Positions 45,949 through 55,766 of a stretch of 64,000 nucleotides of DNA are shown here, piece by piece (position 1 is the first letter of the stretch; every line of letters starts with the position of its first letter). The position numbers were made by a program, and so were the translations under genes. Source of the stretch: Escherichia coli (GTDB lineage: Bacteria; Pseudomonadota; Gammaproteobacteria; Enterobacterales; Enterobacteriaceae); the NCBI RefSeq assembly GCF_041248615.1, contig NZ_CP158426.1. One strand, given 5' to 3'. The notes below the pieces were generated by a model. The model did not search any database and was not told where the DNA came from. It saw only the letters and a program-made list of their open reading frames with translations.

Positions 45949-48900
45949 GTGGCGACATTACGTGAACTGATTATTAAAATCTCGGCAAATTCCCGGTCAT
46001 TCCAGTCAGAGATCTCCCGGGCTTCGCGTATGGGGCAGGATTACTACCGTACCATGCAGAACGGAGGCCGGCAGTCCGCTGCTGCATCCCGTGAAATGCG
46101 GCGTGCACTGGCAGAAGTGACGGATCAGATAAATACAGCTAAATCTTCGGCACTGAATATGGCGGGGGCATTTGCCGGAGCTTTTGCTACCGGTCATCTT
46201 ATTTCTCTCGCCGATGAGTGGAATTCAGTAAATGCCCGTCTGAAGCAGGCTTCACAGTCCAGTGATGATTTTCGGGTATCACAACGTGAATTAATGGCAA
46301 TCAGCCAGAGAACGGGAACGGCGTTTTCTGATAACGCCAGCCTTTTTGCCCGCTCTGCAGCTTCCATGCGGGAGTATGGCTACAGTTCTGAGGAGGTACT
46401 GAAAGTCACCGAGGCGATCTCCACGGGCCTGAAATTATCCGGTGCCAGTACAGCAGAAGCCAGTTCGGTGATCACGCAGTTCAGTCAGGCACTGGCGCAG
46501 GGAGTGCTGCGCGGTGAAGAATTTAACTCTGTGAATGAGAACGGCGATCGTGTTATTCGTGCGCTGGCTGCGGGAATGGGTGTTGCCCGTAAGGATCTGA
46601 AGGCCATGGCGGATAACGGAAAACTGACCGCCGATAAGGTTGTTCCTGCACTGATTAGTCAGCTTGGGGCGTTGCGTGATGAATATGCAGCAATGCCTGA
46701 TACTGTTTCATCCTCTGCAACCAAAGTTGAAAACGCCTTTATGGCCTGGGTTGGTGGTGCGAACGAGGCAAGCGGAGTGACAAAGACACTCACCGGGGTG
46801 TTGAATGGTGTTGCAGACAATATTGATACCGTGGCTGCTGCAGCTGGCGCACTGGTTGCCGTCGGGGTAGCCCGATATTTTGGCAATATGGCGTCGTCTG
46901 CTGGATCTGCAACTGCCGGATTAATTACTGCAGCCAGAAACGAAGTGGCTCTTGCTGAAGCGCAACTTCGGGGGACACAGATAGCAACCGCCAGGGCGCG
47001 TGCGGCGGTTTATCGTGCGCAACAGGCGGTTGTTGCTGCTCGCGGTACCGAAAGGCAGGCCGCAGCAGAAGCGAAGCTGACAGCTGCCCAGGCGTCACTT
47101 ACCCGTAATATTGCGGCCAGAACAGCGGCACAGACAACGCTGAATACTGTCACGTCAGTGGGGAGTCGTCTGTTAAGTGGTGCGCTGGGGTTGGTTGGTG
47201 GTGTGCCGGGACTAGTCATGCTGGGGGCGACGGCCTGGTACACGATGTATCAGAATCAGGAGCAGGCCAGAGAATCTGCACGCCAGTATGCCGCAACAAT
47301 CGACGAAATTCGCCAGAAAACGTCGGCAATGTCGCTTCCTGAAGCGTCAGATAATGAGGAAAAGACGCGGCAGGCACTTGATGAGCAAAACAGGTTAATT
47401 GACGAGCAGAAAAGTAAGATTAAATCCTTACAGGAAAAAATTGCTGGCTATCAGTATGTGCTGGCAAACCCGGGCTGGACAACCGATAACGGTTTTATGA
47501 TTAACCACATGACGTCGGTAAAAACTGTCACAGAAGGGCTTGCAGAAGCAACAAATCAACTGGCAGTTGAACAGTCCCGTCTCACACAAATGCAGGGCAA
47601 AGCGCAATCCATTCAGGATGTGCTTGCCGGGCTGGAGGAGCGACGGGTGGCGTTGATCCGTCAACAGGCCGCGGAACAAAACAAAGCGTATCAGTCCCTG
47701 TTGATCATGAATGGGCAGCATACCGAGTTTAATCGCCTTCTCGGGCTCGGTAATGAATTACTTCAGCAGCGACAGGGGCTGGTGAATGTACCGTTACGGC
47801 TACCACAGGCAACCCTGGATGATAAACAGCAGACCGCACTGAATAACAGCGAGCGCGAACTGGCTCTGTCCCGCCTGAAGGGGGAAGCCCGTGAGCGTGC
47901 CCGCCTGGGTTATGCTGCGGATGATCTCGGCTTTGTGGGAGAGGCGTATCAGACAGCCAGACAGAATTATATCAATAACTCACTGGATGCCTGGCGAAAT
48001 AACCAGGCAAATAAACCCAAAGCGCATAAAAAGACCGAAGCGGAAAAAACAGAAGATATTTATAAACGGCTGATTAAACAGCAAAAAGAACAAATAGCAC
48101 TGGCAGGGCAGAATACTGAACTGGCTAAGATGAAATATCAGGTCAGTCAGGGCGAATTATCAACCCTGTCAGAAGCGCAGAAAAAAACGCTTTTGCAGAA
48201 TGCAGCACTCATCGACCAGAAAAAGATTCGTGAGCAGCTTGCTGCGTATGAGAGCAGTCTGGCGGACAGTAATGCCAGTGCCCGGGCATCTGACGAAGCG
48301 CAGTTGCTGGGATATGGTGAAGGCTCACGGATGCGTGAACGACTCCAGGAAATGTGGAGTATCCGGCAGGCGTTTGAGCAGAAAAATAACGAGCTGCTGA
48401 GACAGTATCAGGCCGGAGAAATTGAAGAAGCCCTGTGGAAACAGGAGAAAGAACTGAATAAAAAATATCTGGAAGAGCGTCTCAGCGATCAGCAGGATTA
48501 TTATGCAAAGGCCGATGCTTTACGTAATAACTGGAATGCCGGACTCCAGGAGGGACTGACCAACTGGGCAGACAGTGCTACCGATTATGCTTCACAGGCG
48601 GCAGATGCTGTCGTTTCCACGATGGACGGGCTGGTATCAAATATTTCCGATGCACTGGCCGGGAATGTTGTGGACTGGAGGAACTGGGGGAGTTCAGTTC
48701 TCCGGGAAGTTTCAAAAATTCTGATGAATGCAGCCATTGTTAACGGACTGAAATCACTCTCCGGTGCCGGAGGGTGGCTTGGTACGGTCGGCGGATGGAT
48801 TTCGGGGGCAGTGGCAAACGCAAAAGGTGGTGTTTACACATCGGCAAATCTGAGTGCTTACAGTAACACTATTGTGGATACACCGACGTATTTTGCTTTT

Positions 48901-49176
48901 GCGAAAGGTGCCGGGTTGATGGGCGAGGCCGGGCCTGAAGCAATCATGCCACTGACACGGGCAGCGGACGGCTCTCTTGGGGTCAGGGCCATTGGAAATG
49001 TGAATGGTGGCGGTGGATTTGTTTATTCTCCCGTGTATCACATCAGCATTCAGAATCAAGGGAGCAATGGCGAGATAGATGCGCGCTCAGCCAGGGGACT
49101 GGTGGATCTGATCGACAGCAGGGTTGTGTCAATTATGCAGTCATCGCGTCGGGATGGAGGATTGTACAGTGCCTGA
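45949..49176 (+). CDS. H: Tail tape measure protein (lambda H-like)
   Basis: 1075-aa ORF, coiled-coil/Ala-Gln-rich, position after G/GT. Confidence 0.9.
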   Translation: MATLRELIIKISANSRSFQSEISRASRMGQDYYRTMQNGGRQSAAASREMRRALAEVTDQINTAKSSALNMAGAFAGAFATGHLISLADEWNSVNARLKQASQSSDDFRVSQRELMAISQRTGTAFSDNASLFARSAASMREYGYSSEEVLKVTEAISTGLKLSGASTAEASSVITQFSQALAQGVLRGEEFNSVNENGDRVIRALAAGMGVARKDLKAMADNGKLTADKVVPALISQLGALRDEYAAMPDTVSSSATKVENAFMAWVGGANEASGVTKTLTGVLNGVADNIDTVAAAAGALVAVGVARYFGNMASSAGSATAGLITAARNEVALAEAQLRGTQIATARARAAVYRAQQAVVAARGTERQAAAEAKLTAAQASLTRNIAARTAAQTTLNTVTSVGSRLLSGALGLVGGVPGLVMLGATAWYTMYQNQEQARESARQYAATIDEIRQKTSAMSLPEASDNEEKTRQALDEQNRLIDEQKSKIKSLQEKIAGYQYVLANPGWTTDNGFMINHMTSVKTVTEGLAEATNQLAVEQSRLTQMQGKAQSIQDVLAGLEERRVALIRQQAAEQNKAYQSLLIMNGQHTEFNRLLGLGNELLQQRQGLVNVPLRLPQATLDDKQQTALNNSERELALSRLKGEARERARLGYAADDLGFVGEAYQTARQNYINNSLDAWRNNQANKPKAHKKTEAEKTEDIYKRLIKQQKEQIALAGQNTELAKMKYQVSQGELSTLSEAQKKTLLQNAALIDQKKIREQLAAYESSLADSNASARASDEAQLLGYGEGSRMRERLQEMWSIRQAFEQKNNELLRQYQAGEIEEALWKQEKELNKKYLEERLSDQQDYYAKADALRNNWNAGLQEGLTNWADSATDYASQAADAVVSTMDGLVSNISDALAGNVVDWRNWGSSVLREVSKILMNAAIVNGLKSLSGAGGWLGTVGGWISGAVANAKGGVYTSANLSAYSNTIVDTPTYFAFAKGAGLMGEAGPEAIMPLTRAADGSLGVRAIGNVNGGGGFVYSPVYHISIQNQGSNGEIDARSARGLVDLIDSRVVSIMQSSRRDGGLYSA

Positions 49177-49510
49177 GCCTGAAGTTTTTAACTGGATCCC
49201 CCGTGAGGGGATGGAGACGACACGAAAGCCATCAGTTATTACGGTAAAGTTTGGTGACGGATATGAACAGCGACGGGCTGGTGGTCTGAATGCGGATCTG
49301 AAAACGTTTAAACCGGTATTTCGTGTCACAGATGAATATTCCCGTGCCGCGCTGGACAGTTTTTTATCCCGTCATGCCGGGATTCGTGCTTTTTTGTGGC
49401 GTCCGCCAAAACACAACAGGACTGTCCGGGTTGTCTGCAGGGAGTGGAGCATTTCGGATAATGCCATGTATACCGATTTTAACTGTACCTTTGAAGAGGT
49501 CACTCACTGA
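49154..49510 (+). CDS. M: Minor tail protein M
   Basis: VKFGDGYEQRRAGGLNADLKTFKPV and FLWRPP resemble lambda M; start among three in-frame Met uncertain. Confidence 0.8.
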   Translation: MEDCTVPEPEVFNWIPREGMETTRKPSVITVKFGDGYEQRRAGGLNADLKTFKPVFRVTDEYSRAALDSFLSRHAGIRAFLWRPPKHNRTVRVVCREWSISDNAMYTDFNCTFEEVTH

Positions 49511-50208
49511 TGCAGGATATACAGCAGGATACACTCAATGAGTGCACTAAAACGGAGCAATCCGCGCTGGTCGTGCTCTGGGAAATTGATCTGACAGAGG
49601 TCGGCGGAGATCGTTATTTCTTCTGTAATGAGCAGAACGAAAAAGGTGAACCAGTCACCTGGCAGGGGCGGCAGTATCAGGCTTATCCCATTCAGGGAAG
49701 CGGATTTGAGATGAACGGCAAAGGAGCCAGTGCAAGGCCAACGCTTAAAGTCTCTAACCTGTACGGCATGGTCACCGGGATGGCGGAAGATCTGCAGAGT
49801 CTGGTCGGCGGAACGGTGGTCCGGCGTAAGGTTTACGCCCGTTTTCTGGATGCGGTGAACTTCGTCAACGGAAACAGTGACGCCGATCCGGAGCAGGAGG
49901 TGATCAGCCGCTGGCGCATCGAACAGTGCAGCGAACTGAGCGCGGTGAGTGCCTCTTTTGTGCTGTCCACACCGACGGAAACGGATGGCGCTGTTTTTCC
50001 GGGGCGCATCATGCTGGCCAACACCTGCACCTGGATCTACCGCGGCGATGAGTGCGGTTATGATGGCCCGGCGGTCGCGGATGAATATGACCAGCCAACG
50101 TCCGATATCACGAAGGATAAGTGCAGCAAATGCCTGAGTGGTTGCAAGTTCCGCAATAATGTCGGCAATTTTGGCGGCTACCTTTCCATTAACAAACTTT
50201 CGCAGTAA
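49510..50208 (+). CDS. L: Minor tail protein L
   Basis: 232-aa ORF with C-terminal Cys cluster, lambda L-like. Confidence 0.9.
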   Translation: MQDIQQDTLNECTKTEQSALVVLWEIDLTEVGGDRYFFCNEQNEKGEPVTWQGRQYQAYPIQGSGFEMNGKGASARPTLKVSNLYGMVTGMAEDLQSLVGGTVVRRKVYARFLDAVNFVNGNSDADPEQEVISRWRIEQCSELSAVSASFVLSTPTETDGAVFPGRIMLANTCTWIYRGDECGYDGPAVADEYDQPTSDITKDKCSKCLSGCKFRNNVGNFGGYLSINKLSQ

Positions 50209-50212
50209 ACCC

Positions 50213-50956
50213 ATGACAGAGACAGAATCAGCGATTCTGGCGCACGCCCGGCGATGTGCGCCAGCGGAGTCGTGCGGCTTCGTGGTGAGAACGCCGGAGG
50301 GGGTCAGATATTTTCCCTGCGTGAATATCTCCGGTGAGCCGGAGGCGTATTTCCGGATGTCGCCGGAGGACTGGCTGCGTGCACAAATGCAGGGGGAGGT
50401 TGTGGCACTGGTCCACAGCCACCCCGGTGGTCTGCCCTGGCTGAGTGAGGCTGACAGGCGGCTGCAGGTGCAGAGTGATTTGCCGTGGTGGCTGGTCTGC
50501 CGGGGGGCGATTCACAAGTTCCGCTGTGTGCCACATCTTACCGGGCGGCGCTTTGAGCACGGGGTGACGGACTGTTACACGCTGTTCCGGGATGCATACC
50601 ATCTGGCGGAAATTGAGATGCCGGATTTTTATCGCGGGGATGACTGGTGGCGTAACGGCCAGAATCTCTATCTTGAAAATATGGAGGCGACTGGTTTTTA
50701 CCGTGTCGCACTGACAGAGGCGCAGCCGGGCGATGTGCTGCTGTGCTGTTTTGGTTCATCGGTGCCGAATCATGCCGCCATTTACTGCGGCGACGGCGAG
50801 CTGCTGCACCATATTCCTGAACAACTGAGCAAACGAGAGAGGTATACCGACAAATGGCAGCGACGCACACACTCCCTCTGGCGTCACCGGGCATGGCACG
50901 CATCTGCCTTTACGGGAATTTACAACGATTTGGCCGCCGCATCGACCTTCGTGTGA
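50213..50956 (+). CDS. K: Tail assembly protein K (MPN/JAB plus NlpC/P60 domains)
   Basis: Start MTETESAILAHARRC; HSHP motif; lambda K-like. Confidence 0.85.
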   Translation: MTETESAILAHARRCAPAESCGFVVRTPEGVRYFPCVNISGEPEAYFRMSPEDWLRAQMQGEVVALVHSHPGGLPWLSEADRRLQVQSDLPWWLVCRGAIHKFRCVPHLTGRRFEHGVTDCYTLFRDAYHLAEIEMPDFYRGDDWWRNGQNLYLENMEATGFYRVALTEAQPGDVLLCCFGSSVPNHAAIYCGDGELLHHIPEQLSKRERYTDKWQRRTHSLWRHRAWHASAFTGIYNDLAAASTFV

Positions 50957-51501
50957 AAACGGGGGCCGAAGCCATCCGGGCGCTGGCCATGCAGATCCCG
51001 GCGTTTCGTCAGAAACTGAGTGACGGCTGGTATCAGGTACGGATTGCCGGGCGTGATGCAGGTGAAACCGAATTGTCTGCCCGTCTTAATGAGCCGCTGG
51101 CAAATGGTGCCGTGATCCACATCGTTCCGCGTCTGGAGGGGGCCAAAAGTGGCGGTGTGTTTCAGGCGGTGCTGGGTGCGGCGCTGATTGCGGTGGCATG
51201 GTGGAACCCTGTAGGCTGGCTGGGGGCCGCGGCTGTATCGGGTATGTATGCAGCAGGGGCCAGTATGATCCTGGGTGGTGTGGCGCAGATGCTGGCACCG
51301 AAAGCCCGGACGCCCACGGCAGCCAGTACAGATAACGGCAAACAGAACACGTATTTCTCGTCACTGGATAACATGGTTGCCCAGGGCAATGTTCTGCCCG
51401 TTCTGTACGGTGAAATGCGTGTGGGGTCGCGGGTGGTATCTCAGGAGATCAGCACGGCAGATGAAGGTGATGGTGGTCAGGTTGTGGTGATTGGTCGCTG
51501 A
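50854..51501 (+). CDS. I: Tail assembly protein I
   Basis: MAATHTLPLASPGMARICLYGNLQRFGRRIDLRVKTGAEAIRALA... close to lambda I as I recall it. Confidence 0.9.
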   Translation: MAATHTLPLASPGMARICLYGNLQRFGRRIDLRVKTGAEAIRALAMQIPAFRQKLSDGWYQVRIAGRDAGETELSARLNEPLANGAVIHIVPRLEGAKSGGVFQAVLGAALIAVAWWNPVGWLGAAAVSGMYAAGASMILGGVAQMLAPKARTPTAASTDNGKQNTYFSSLDNMVAQGNVLPVLYGEMRVGSRVVSQEISTADEGDGGQVVVIGR

Positions 51502-51520
51502 TGAAAAATGTTTTATGTGA

Positions 51521-51547
51521 AACCGCCTGCGGGCGGTTTTGTCGTTT
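51521..51547 (+). terminator. Hairpin plus T-run upstream of J
   Basis: ACCGCC-TGCG-GGCGGT then TTTTGTCGTTT. Confidence 0.4.
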
Positions 51548-51561
51548 ATGGAGCGTGAGGA

Positions 51562-54500
51562 ATGGGTAAAGGCAGCAGTAAGGGGCATACCCCGCGCGAA
51601 GCGAAGGACAACCTGAAGTCCACGCAGTTGCTGAGTGTGATCGATGCCATCAGCGAAGGGCCGATTGACGGTCCGGTGGATGGATTAAAAAGCGTGCTGC
51701 TGAACAGTACGCCAGTGCTGGACAGTGAGGGGAATACCAATATCTCCGGTGTCACGGTGGTGTTCCGGGCAGGTGAGCAGGAGCAGACACCGCCGGAGGG
51801 ATTTGAATCCTCCGGCTCCGAGACGGTGCTGGGTACGGAAGTGAAATACGACACGCCGATCACCCGGACCATCACGTCGGCAAACATTGACCGACTGCGT
51901 TTTACCTTCGGCGTGCAGGCACTGGTGGAAACCACCTCAAAGGGGGACAGGAATCCGTCGGAAGTCCGCCTGCTGGTTCAGATACAACGTAACGGTGGCT
52001 GGGTGACGGAAAAAGACATCACCATTAAAGGCAAAACCACCTCACAGTATCTGGCCTCGGTGGTGGTGGATAACCTGCCGCCGCGCCCGTTTAATATCCG
52101 GATGCGCAGGATGACGCCGGACAGCACCACAGACCAGCTGCAGAACAAAACGCTCTGGTCGTCATACACCGAAATTATCGATGTGAAACAGTGCTACCCG
52201 AACACGGCACTGGTCGGCGTGCAGGTGGATTCGGAGCAGTTCGGCAGCCAGCAGGTGAGCCGTAATTATCATCTGCGCGGGCGTATTCTGCAGGTGCCGT
52301 CGAATTATAATCCGCAGACGCGGCAATACAGCGGTATCTGGGACGGAACGTTTAAACCGGCATACAGCAACAACATGGCATGGTGTCTGTGGGATATGCT
52401 GACCCACCCGCGCTACGGCATGGGGAAACGTCTTGGTGCGGCGGATGTGGACAAATGGGCGCTGTATGTCATCGGCCAGTATTGCGACCAGTCGGTGCCG
52501 GACGGTTTTGGCGGCACGGAGCCGCGCATCACCTGTAACGCTTACCTGACCACACAGCGTAAGGCGTGGGATGTGCTCAGTGATTTCTGCTCGGCGATGC
52601 GCTGTATGCCGGTATGGAACGGGCAGACGCTGACGTTCGTGCAGGACCGACCGTCGGATAAGGTGTGGACCTATAACCGCAGTAATGTGGTGATGCCGGA
52701 TGATGGCGCGCCGTTCCGCTACAGTTTCAGCGCCCTGAAGGACCGCCATAATGCCGTTGAGGTGAACTGGATTGACCCGGATAACGGCTGGGAAACGGCA
52801 ACAGAGCTTGTGGAGGACACGCAGGCCATTGCCCGTTACGGTCGTAATGTCACGAAGATGGATGCCTTTGGCTGTACCAGTCGGGGGCAGGCGCACCGCG
52901 CCGGGCTGTGGCTGATTAAAACGGAACTGCTGGAAACGCAGACCGTGGACTTCAGCGTGGGTGCGGAAGGGCTTCGCCATGTACCGGGGGATGTCATTGA
53001 AATCTGCGATGATGACTATGCGGGTATCAGCACCGGCGGGCGCGTGCTGGCGGTGAACAGCCAGACCCGGACGCTGACGCTCGACCGTGAAATCACGCTG
53101 CCATCCTCCGGTATCACGCTGATAAGCCTGGTTGACGGAAGTGGCAATCCGGTCAGCGTGGAGGTTCAGTCCGTCACCGACGGCGTGAAGGTAAAAGTGA
53201 GCCGTGTTCCTGACGGTGTTGCTGAATACAGCGTATGGGGGCTGAAGCTGCCGACGCTGCGCCAGCGACTGTTCCGCTGCGTGAGTATCCGTGAGAACGA
53301 CGACGGCACGTATGCCATCACTGCCGTGCAGCATGTACCGGAGAAAGAAGCCATCGTGGATAACGGGGCGTACTTTGACGGCGACCAGAGCGGAACGGTG
53401 AACGGTGTCACGCCGCCCGCGGTGCAGCACCTGACTGCAGAAGTCACCGCAGACAGCGGGGAATACCAGGTGCTGGCGCGCTGGGACACGCCGAAGGTGG
53501 TGAAGGGGGTGAGCTTTATGCTTCGCCTGACCGTGGCAGCGGATGACGGCAGTGAGCGGCTGGTCAGCACGGCCAGGACGACGGAAACCACATACCGCTT
53601 CAGGCAACTGGCGCTGGGGCGTTACACGCTGACGGTCCGGGCGGTAAATGCGTGGGGACAGCAGGGCGATCCGGCATCGGTATCGTTCCGGATTGCCGCA
53701 CCGGCAGCGCCGTCGCGGATTGAGCTGACGCCGGGCTATTTTCAGATAACTGCCACGCCGCATCTTGCGGTTTATGATCCGACGGTACAGTTTGAGTTCT
53801 GGTTCTCGGAAAAGCGGATTGCGGATATCAGGCAGGTTGAAGCCAGCGCGCGTTATCTTGGTACGGCGCTGTACTGGATAGCCGCCAGTATCAATATCAA
53901 ACCGGGCCATGATTATTATTTTTACATTCGCAGTGTGAACACCGTTGGCAAATCGGCATTCGTGGAGGCTGTTGGCCAGCCGAGTGATGATGCATCCGGC
54001 TATCTGGATTTTTTCAAAGGCGAGATAGGGAAAACCCATCTGGCTCAGGAGCTGTGGACGCAGATTGATAACGGTCAGCTTGCGCCTGACCTGGCTGAAA
54101 TCAGGACGTCCATTACGGATGTCAGCAATGAAGTCACGCAGACCGTCAATAAGAAACTGGAAGACCAGAGTGCGGCAATTCAGCAGATACAGAAGGTTCA
54201 GGTTGATACAAATAATAACCTGAACAGCATGTGGGCTGTGAAGCTGCAGCAGATGCAGGACGGACGCCTTTATATCGCGGGTATTGGTGCCGGTATTGAG
54301 AATACCCCTGACGGCATGCAGAGTCAGGTGCTGCTGGCGGCGGACAGGATTGCGATGGTTAATCCTGCGAATGGCAACACAAAGCCGATGTTTGTTGGTC
54401 AGGGCGATCAGATATTCATGAACGAAGTGTTCCTGAAATATCTGACGGCTCCCACCATTACCAGCGGCGGTAATCCTCCGGCATTTTCCCTGACACCGGA

Positions 54501-55041
54501 CGGGCGGCTGACGGCGAAAAATGCCGATATCAGCGGTAACGTGAATGCGAACTCCGGGACGCTCAACAACGTCACGATTAACGAGAACTGCCGGGTTCTG
54601 GGAAAACTGTCCGCGAACCAGATTGAAGGCGATCTCGTTAAAACAGTGGGCAAAGCTTTCCCCCGGGACTCCCGTGCACCGGAACGCTGGCCATCAGGGA
54701 CCATTACCGTCAGGATTTATGACGATCAGCCGTTTGACCGGCAGATTGTTATTCCGGCGGTGGCATTCAGCGGCGCTAAGCATGAGAGAGAGCATACTGA
54801 TATTTACTCCTCATGCCGTCTGATAGTGCGGAAAAACGGTGCTGAAATTTATAACCGTACCGCGCTGGATAATACGCTGATTTACAGTGGCGTTATTGAT
54901 ATGCCTGCCGGTCACGGTCACATGACGCTGGAGTTTTCGGTGTCAGCATGGCTGGTAAATGACTGGTATCCCACAGCAAGTATCAGCGATTTGCTGGTTG
55001 TGGTGATGAAGAAAGCCACCGCAGGCATCAGTATCAGCTGA
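51562..55041 (+). CDS. J: Host specificity protein J (central tail fibre)
   Basis: 1159-aa ORF, lambda J-like position and length. Confidence 0.9.
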   Translation: MGKGSSKGHTPREAKDNLKSTQLLSVIDAISEGPIDGPVDGLKSVLLNSTPVLDSEGNTNISGVTVVFRAGEQEQTPPEGFESSGSETVLGTEVKYDTPITRTITSANIDRLRFTFGVQALVETTSKGDRNPSEVRLLVQIQRNGGWVTEKDITIKGKTTSQYLASVVVDNLPPRPFNIRMRRMTPDSTTDQLQNKTLWSSYTEIIDVKQCYPNTALVGVQVDSEQFGSQQVSRNYHLRGRILQVPSNYNPQTRQYSGIWDGTFKPAYSNNMAWCLWDMLTHPRYGMGKRLGAADVDKWALYVIGQYCDQSVPDGFGGTEPRITCNAYLTTQRKAWDVLSDFCSAMRCMPVWNGQTLTFVQDRPSDKVWTYNRSNVVMPDDGAPFRYSFSALKDRHNAVEVNWIDPDNGWETATELVEDTQAIARYGRNVTKMDAFGCTSRGQAHRAGLWLIKTELLETQTVDFSVGAEGLRHVPGDVIEICDDDYAGISTGGRVLAVNSQTRTLTLDREITLPSSGITLISLVDGSGNPVSVEVQSVTDGVKVKVSRVPDGVAEYSVWGLKLPTLRQRLFRCVSIRENDDGTYAITAVQHVPEKEAIVDNGAYFDGDQSGTVNGVTPPAVQHLTAEVTADSGEYQVLARWDTPKVVKGVSFMLRLTVAADDGSERLVSTARTTETTYRFRQLALGRYTLTVRAVNAWGQQGDPASVSFRIAAPAAPSRIELTPGYFQITATPHLAVYDPTVQFEFWFSEKRIADIRQVEASARYLGTALYWIAASINIKPGHDYYFYIRSVNTVGKSAFVEAVGQPSDDASGYLDFFKGEIGKTHLAQELWTQIDNGQLAPDLAEIRTSITDVSNEVTQTVNKKLEDQSAAIQQIQKVQVDTNNNLNSMWAVKLQQMQDGRLYIAGIGAGIENTPDGMQSQVLLAADRIAMVNPANGNTKPMFVGQGDQIFMNEVFLKYLTAPTITSGGNPPAFSLTPDGRLTAKNADISGNVNANSGTLNNVTINENCRVLGKLSANQIEGDLVKTVGKAFPRDSRAPERWPSGTITVRIYDDQPFDRQIVIPAVAFSGAKHEREHTDIYSSCRLIVRKNGAEIYNRTALDNTLIYSGVIDMPAGHGHMTLEFSVSAWLVNDWYPTASISDLLVVVMKKATAGISIS

Positions 55042-55060
55042 ATTTTATAACCCCAATACG

Positions 55061-55087
55061 GGCGTCAGAAATGACGCCTTTTTTATT
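55061..55087 (+). terminator. Intrinsic terminator after J
   Basis: GGCGTCA-GAAA-TGACGCC then TTTTTT. Confidence 0.55.
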
Positions 55088-55108
55088 GCAGAAAAGCGAG
55101 AGGTAATT

Positions 55109-55708
55109 ATGCGTAAATTATGTGCTGTTATTCTGTCCGCAGTAGTCTGGCTGGTTGCCGCTGGTACGCCAGCGAGCGCAGCAGAGCATCAGTCCACACT
55201 AAGCGCCGGGTATCTTCAGACCCATACTGATATGCCAGGCAGTGATGACCTGAAGGGCATTAACGTGAAATACCGTTATGAATTTACGGACACGCTGGGG
55301 CTGGTGACGTCATTCAGTTATGCCAATGCCAAAGATGAGCAAAAAACGCATTACAGCGATACCCGCTGGCATGAAGATTCAGTGCGTAACCGCTGGTTCA
55401 GCATGATGGCGGGGCCATCTGTACGCGTGAATGAATGGTTCAGTGCTTATGCGATGGCAGGTGTGGCTTACAGCCGTGTTTCGACGTTCTCCGGGGATTA
55501 TCTCCGCGTAACTGACAACAAGGGGAAAACGCACGATGTGCTGACCGGAAGTGATGACGGTCGCCACAGCAACACGTCTCTGGCGTGGGGAGCTGGCGTG
55601 CAGTTTAACCCGACCGAATCCGTGGCCATTGATATTGCTTATGAAGGCTCCGGCAGTGGTGACTGGCGCACTGACGGTTTCATCGTGGGTGTCGGTTATA
55701 AATTCTGA
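55109..55708 (+). CDS. lom: Lom/Ail-family outer-membrane protein
   Basis: 199-aa ORF with signal peptide and 8-strand beta-barrel pattern, C-terminal GVGYKF. Confidence 0.85.
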   Translation: MRKLCAVILSAVVWLVAAGTPASAAEHQSTLSAGYLQTHTDMPGSDDLKGINVKYRYEFTDTLGLVTSFSYANAKDEQKTHYSDTRWHEDSVRNRWFSMMAGPSVRVNEWFSAYAMAGVAYSRVSTFSGDYLRVTDNKGKTHDVLTGSDDGRHSNTSLAWGAGVQFNPTESVAIDIAYEGSGSGDWRTDGFIVGVGYKF

Positions 55709-55734
55709 TTAGCCAGGTAACACAGTGTTATGAC

Positions 55735-55761
55735 AGCCCGCCGGTTCAGGCGGGCTTTTTT
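55735..55761 (+). terminator. Intrinsic terminator after lom
   Basis: AGCCCGCC-GGTTCA-GGCGGGCT then TTTTTT. Confidence 0.55.
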
Positions 55762-55766
55762 GTGGA

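Noticed and set aside
49504-50214. 236-aa minus-strand ORF opposite tail gene L
   Set aside because: Antisense shadow of L, whose Cys-cluster C-terminus supports the plus frame
52162-54039. 625-aa minus-strand ORF (and nested 141-aa ORF at 53166-53591) inside the J gene
   Set aside because: Lies wholly antisense to the well-supported J coding sequence; Arg/Pro/His-rich, low-complexity translation typical of shadow ORFs in GC-rich genes
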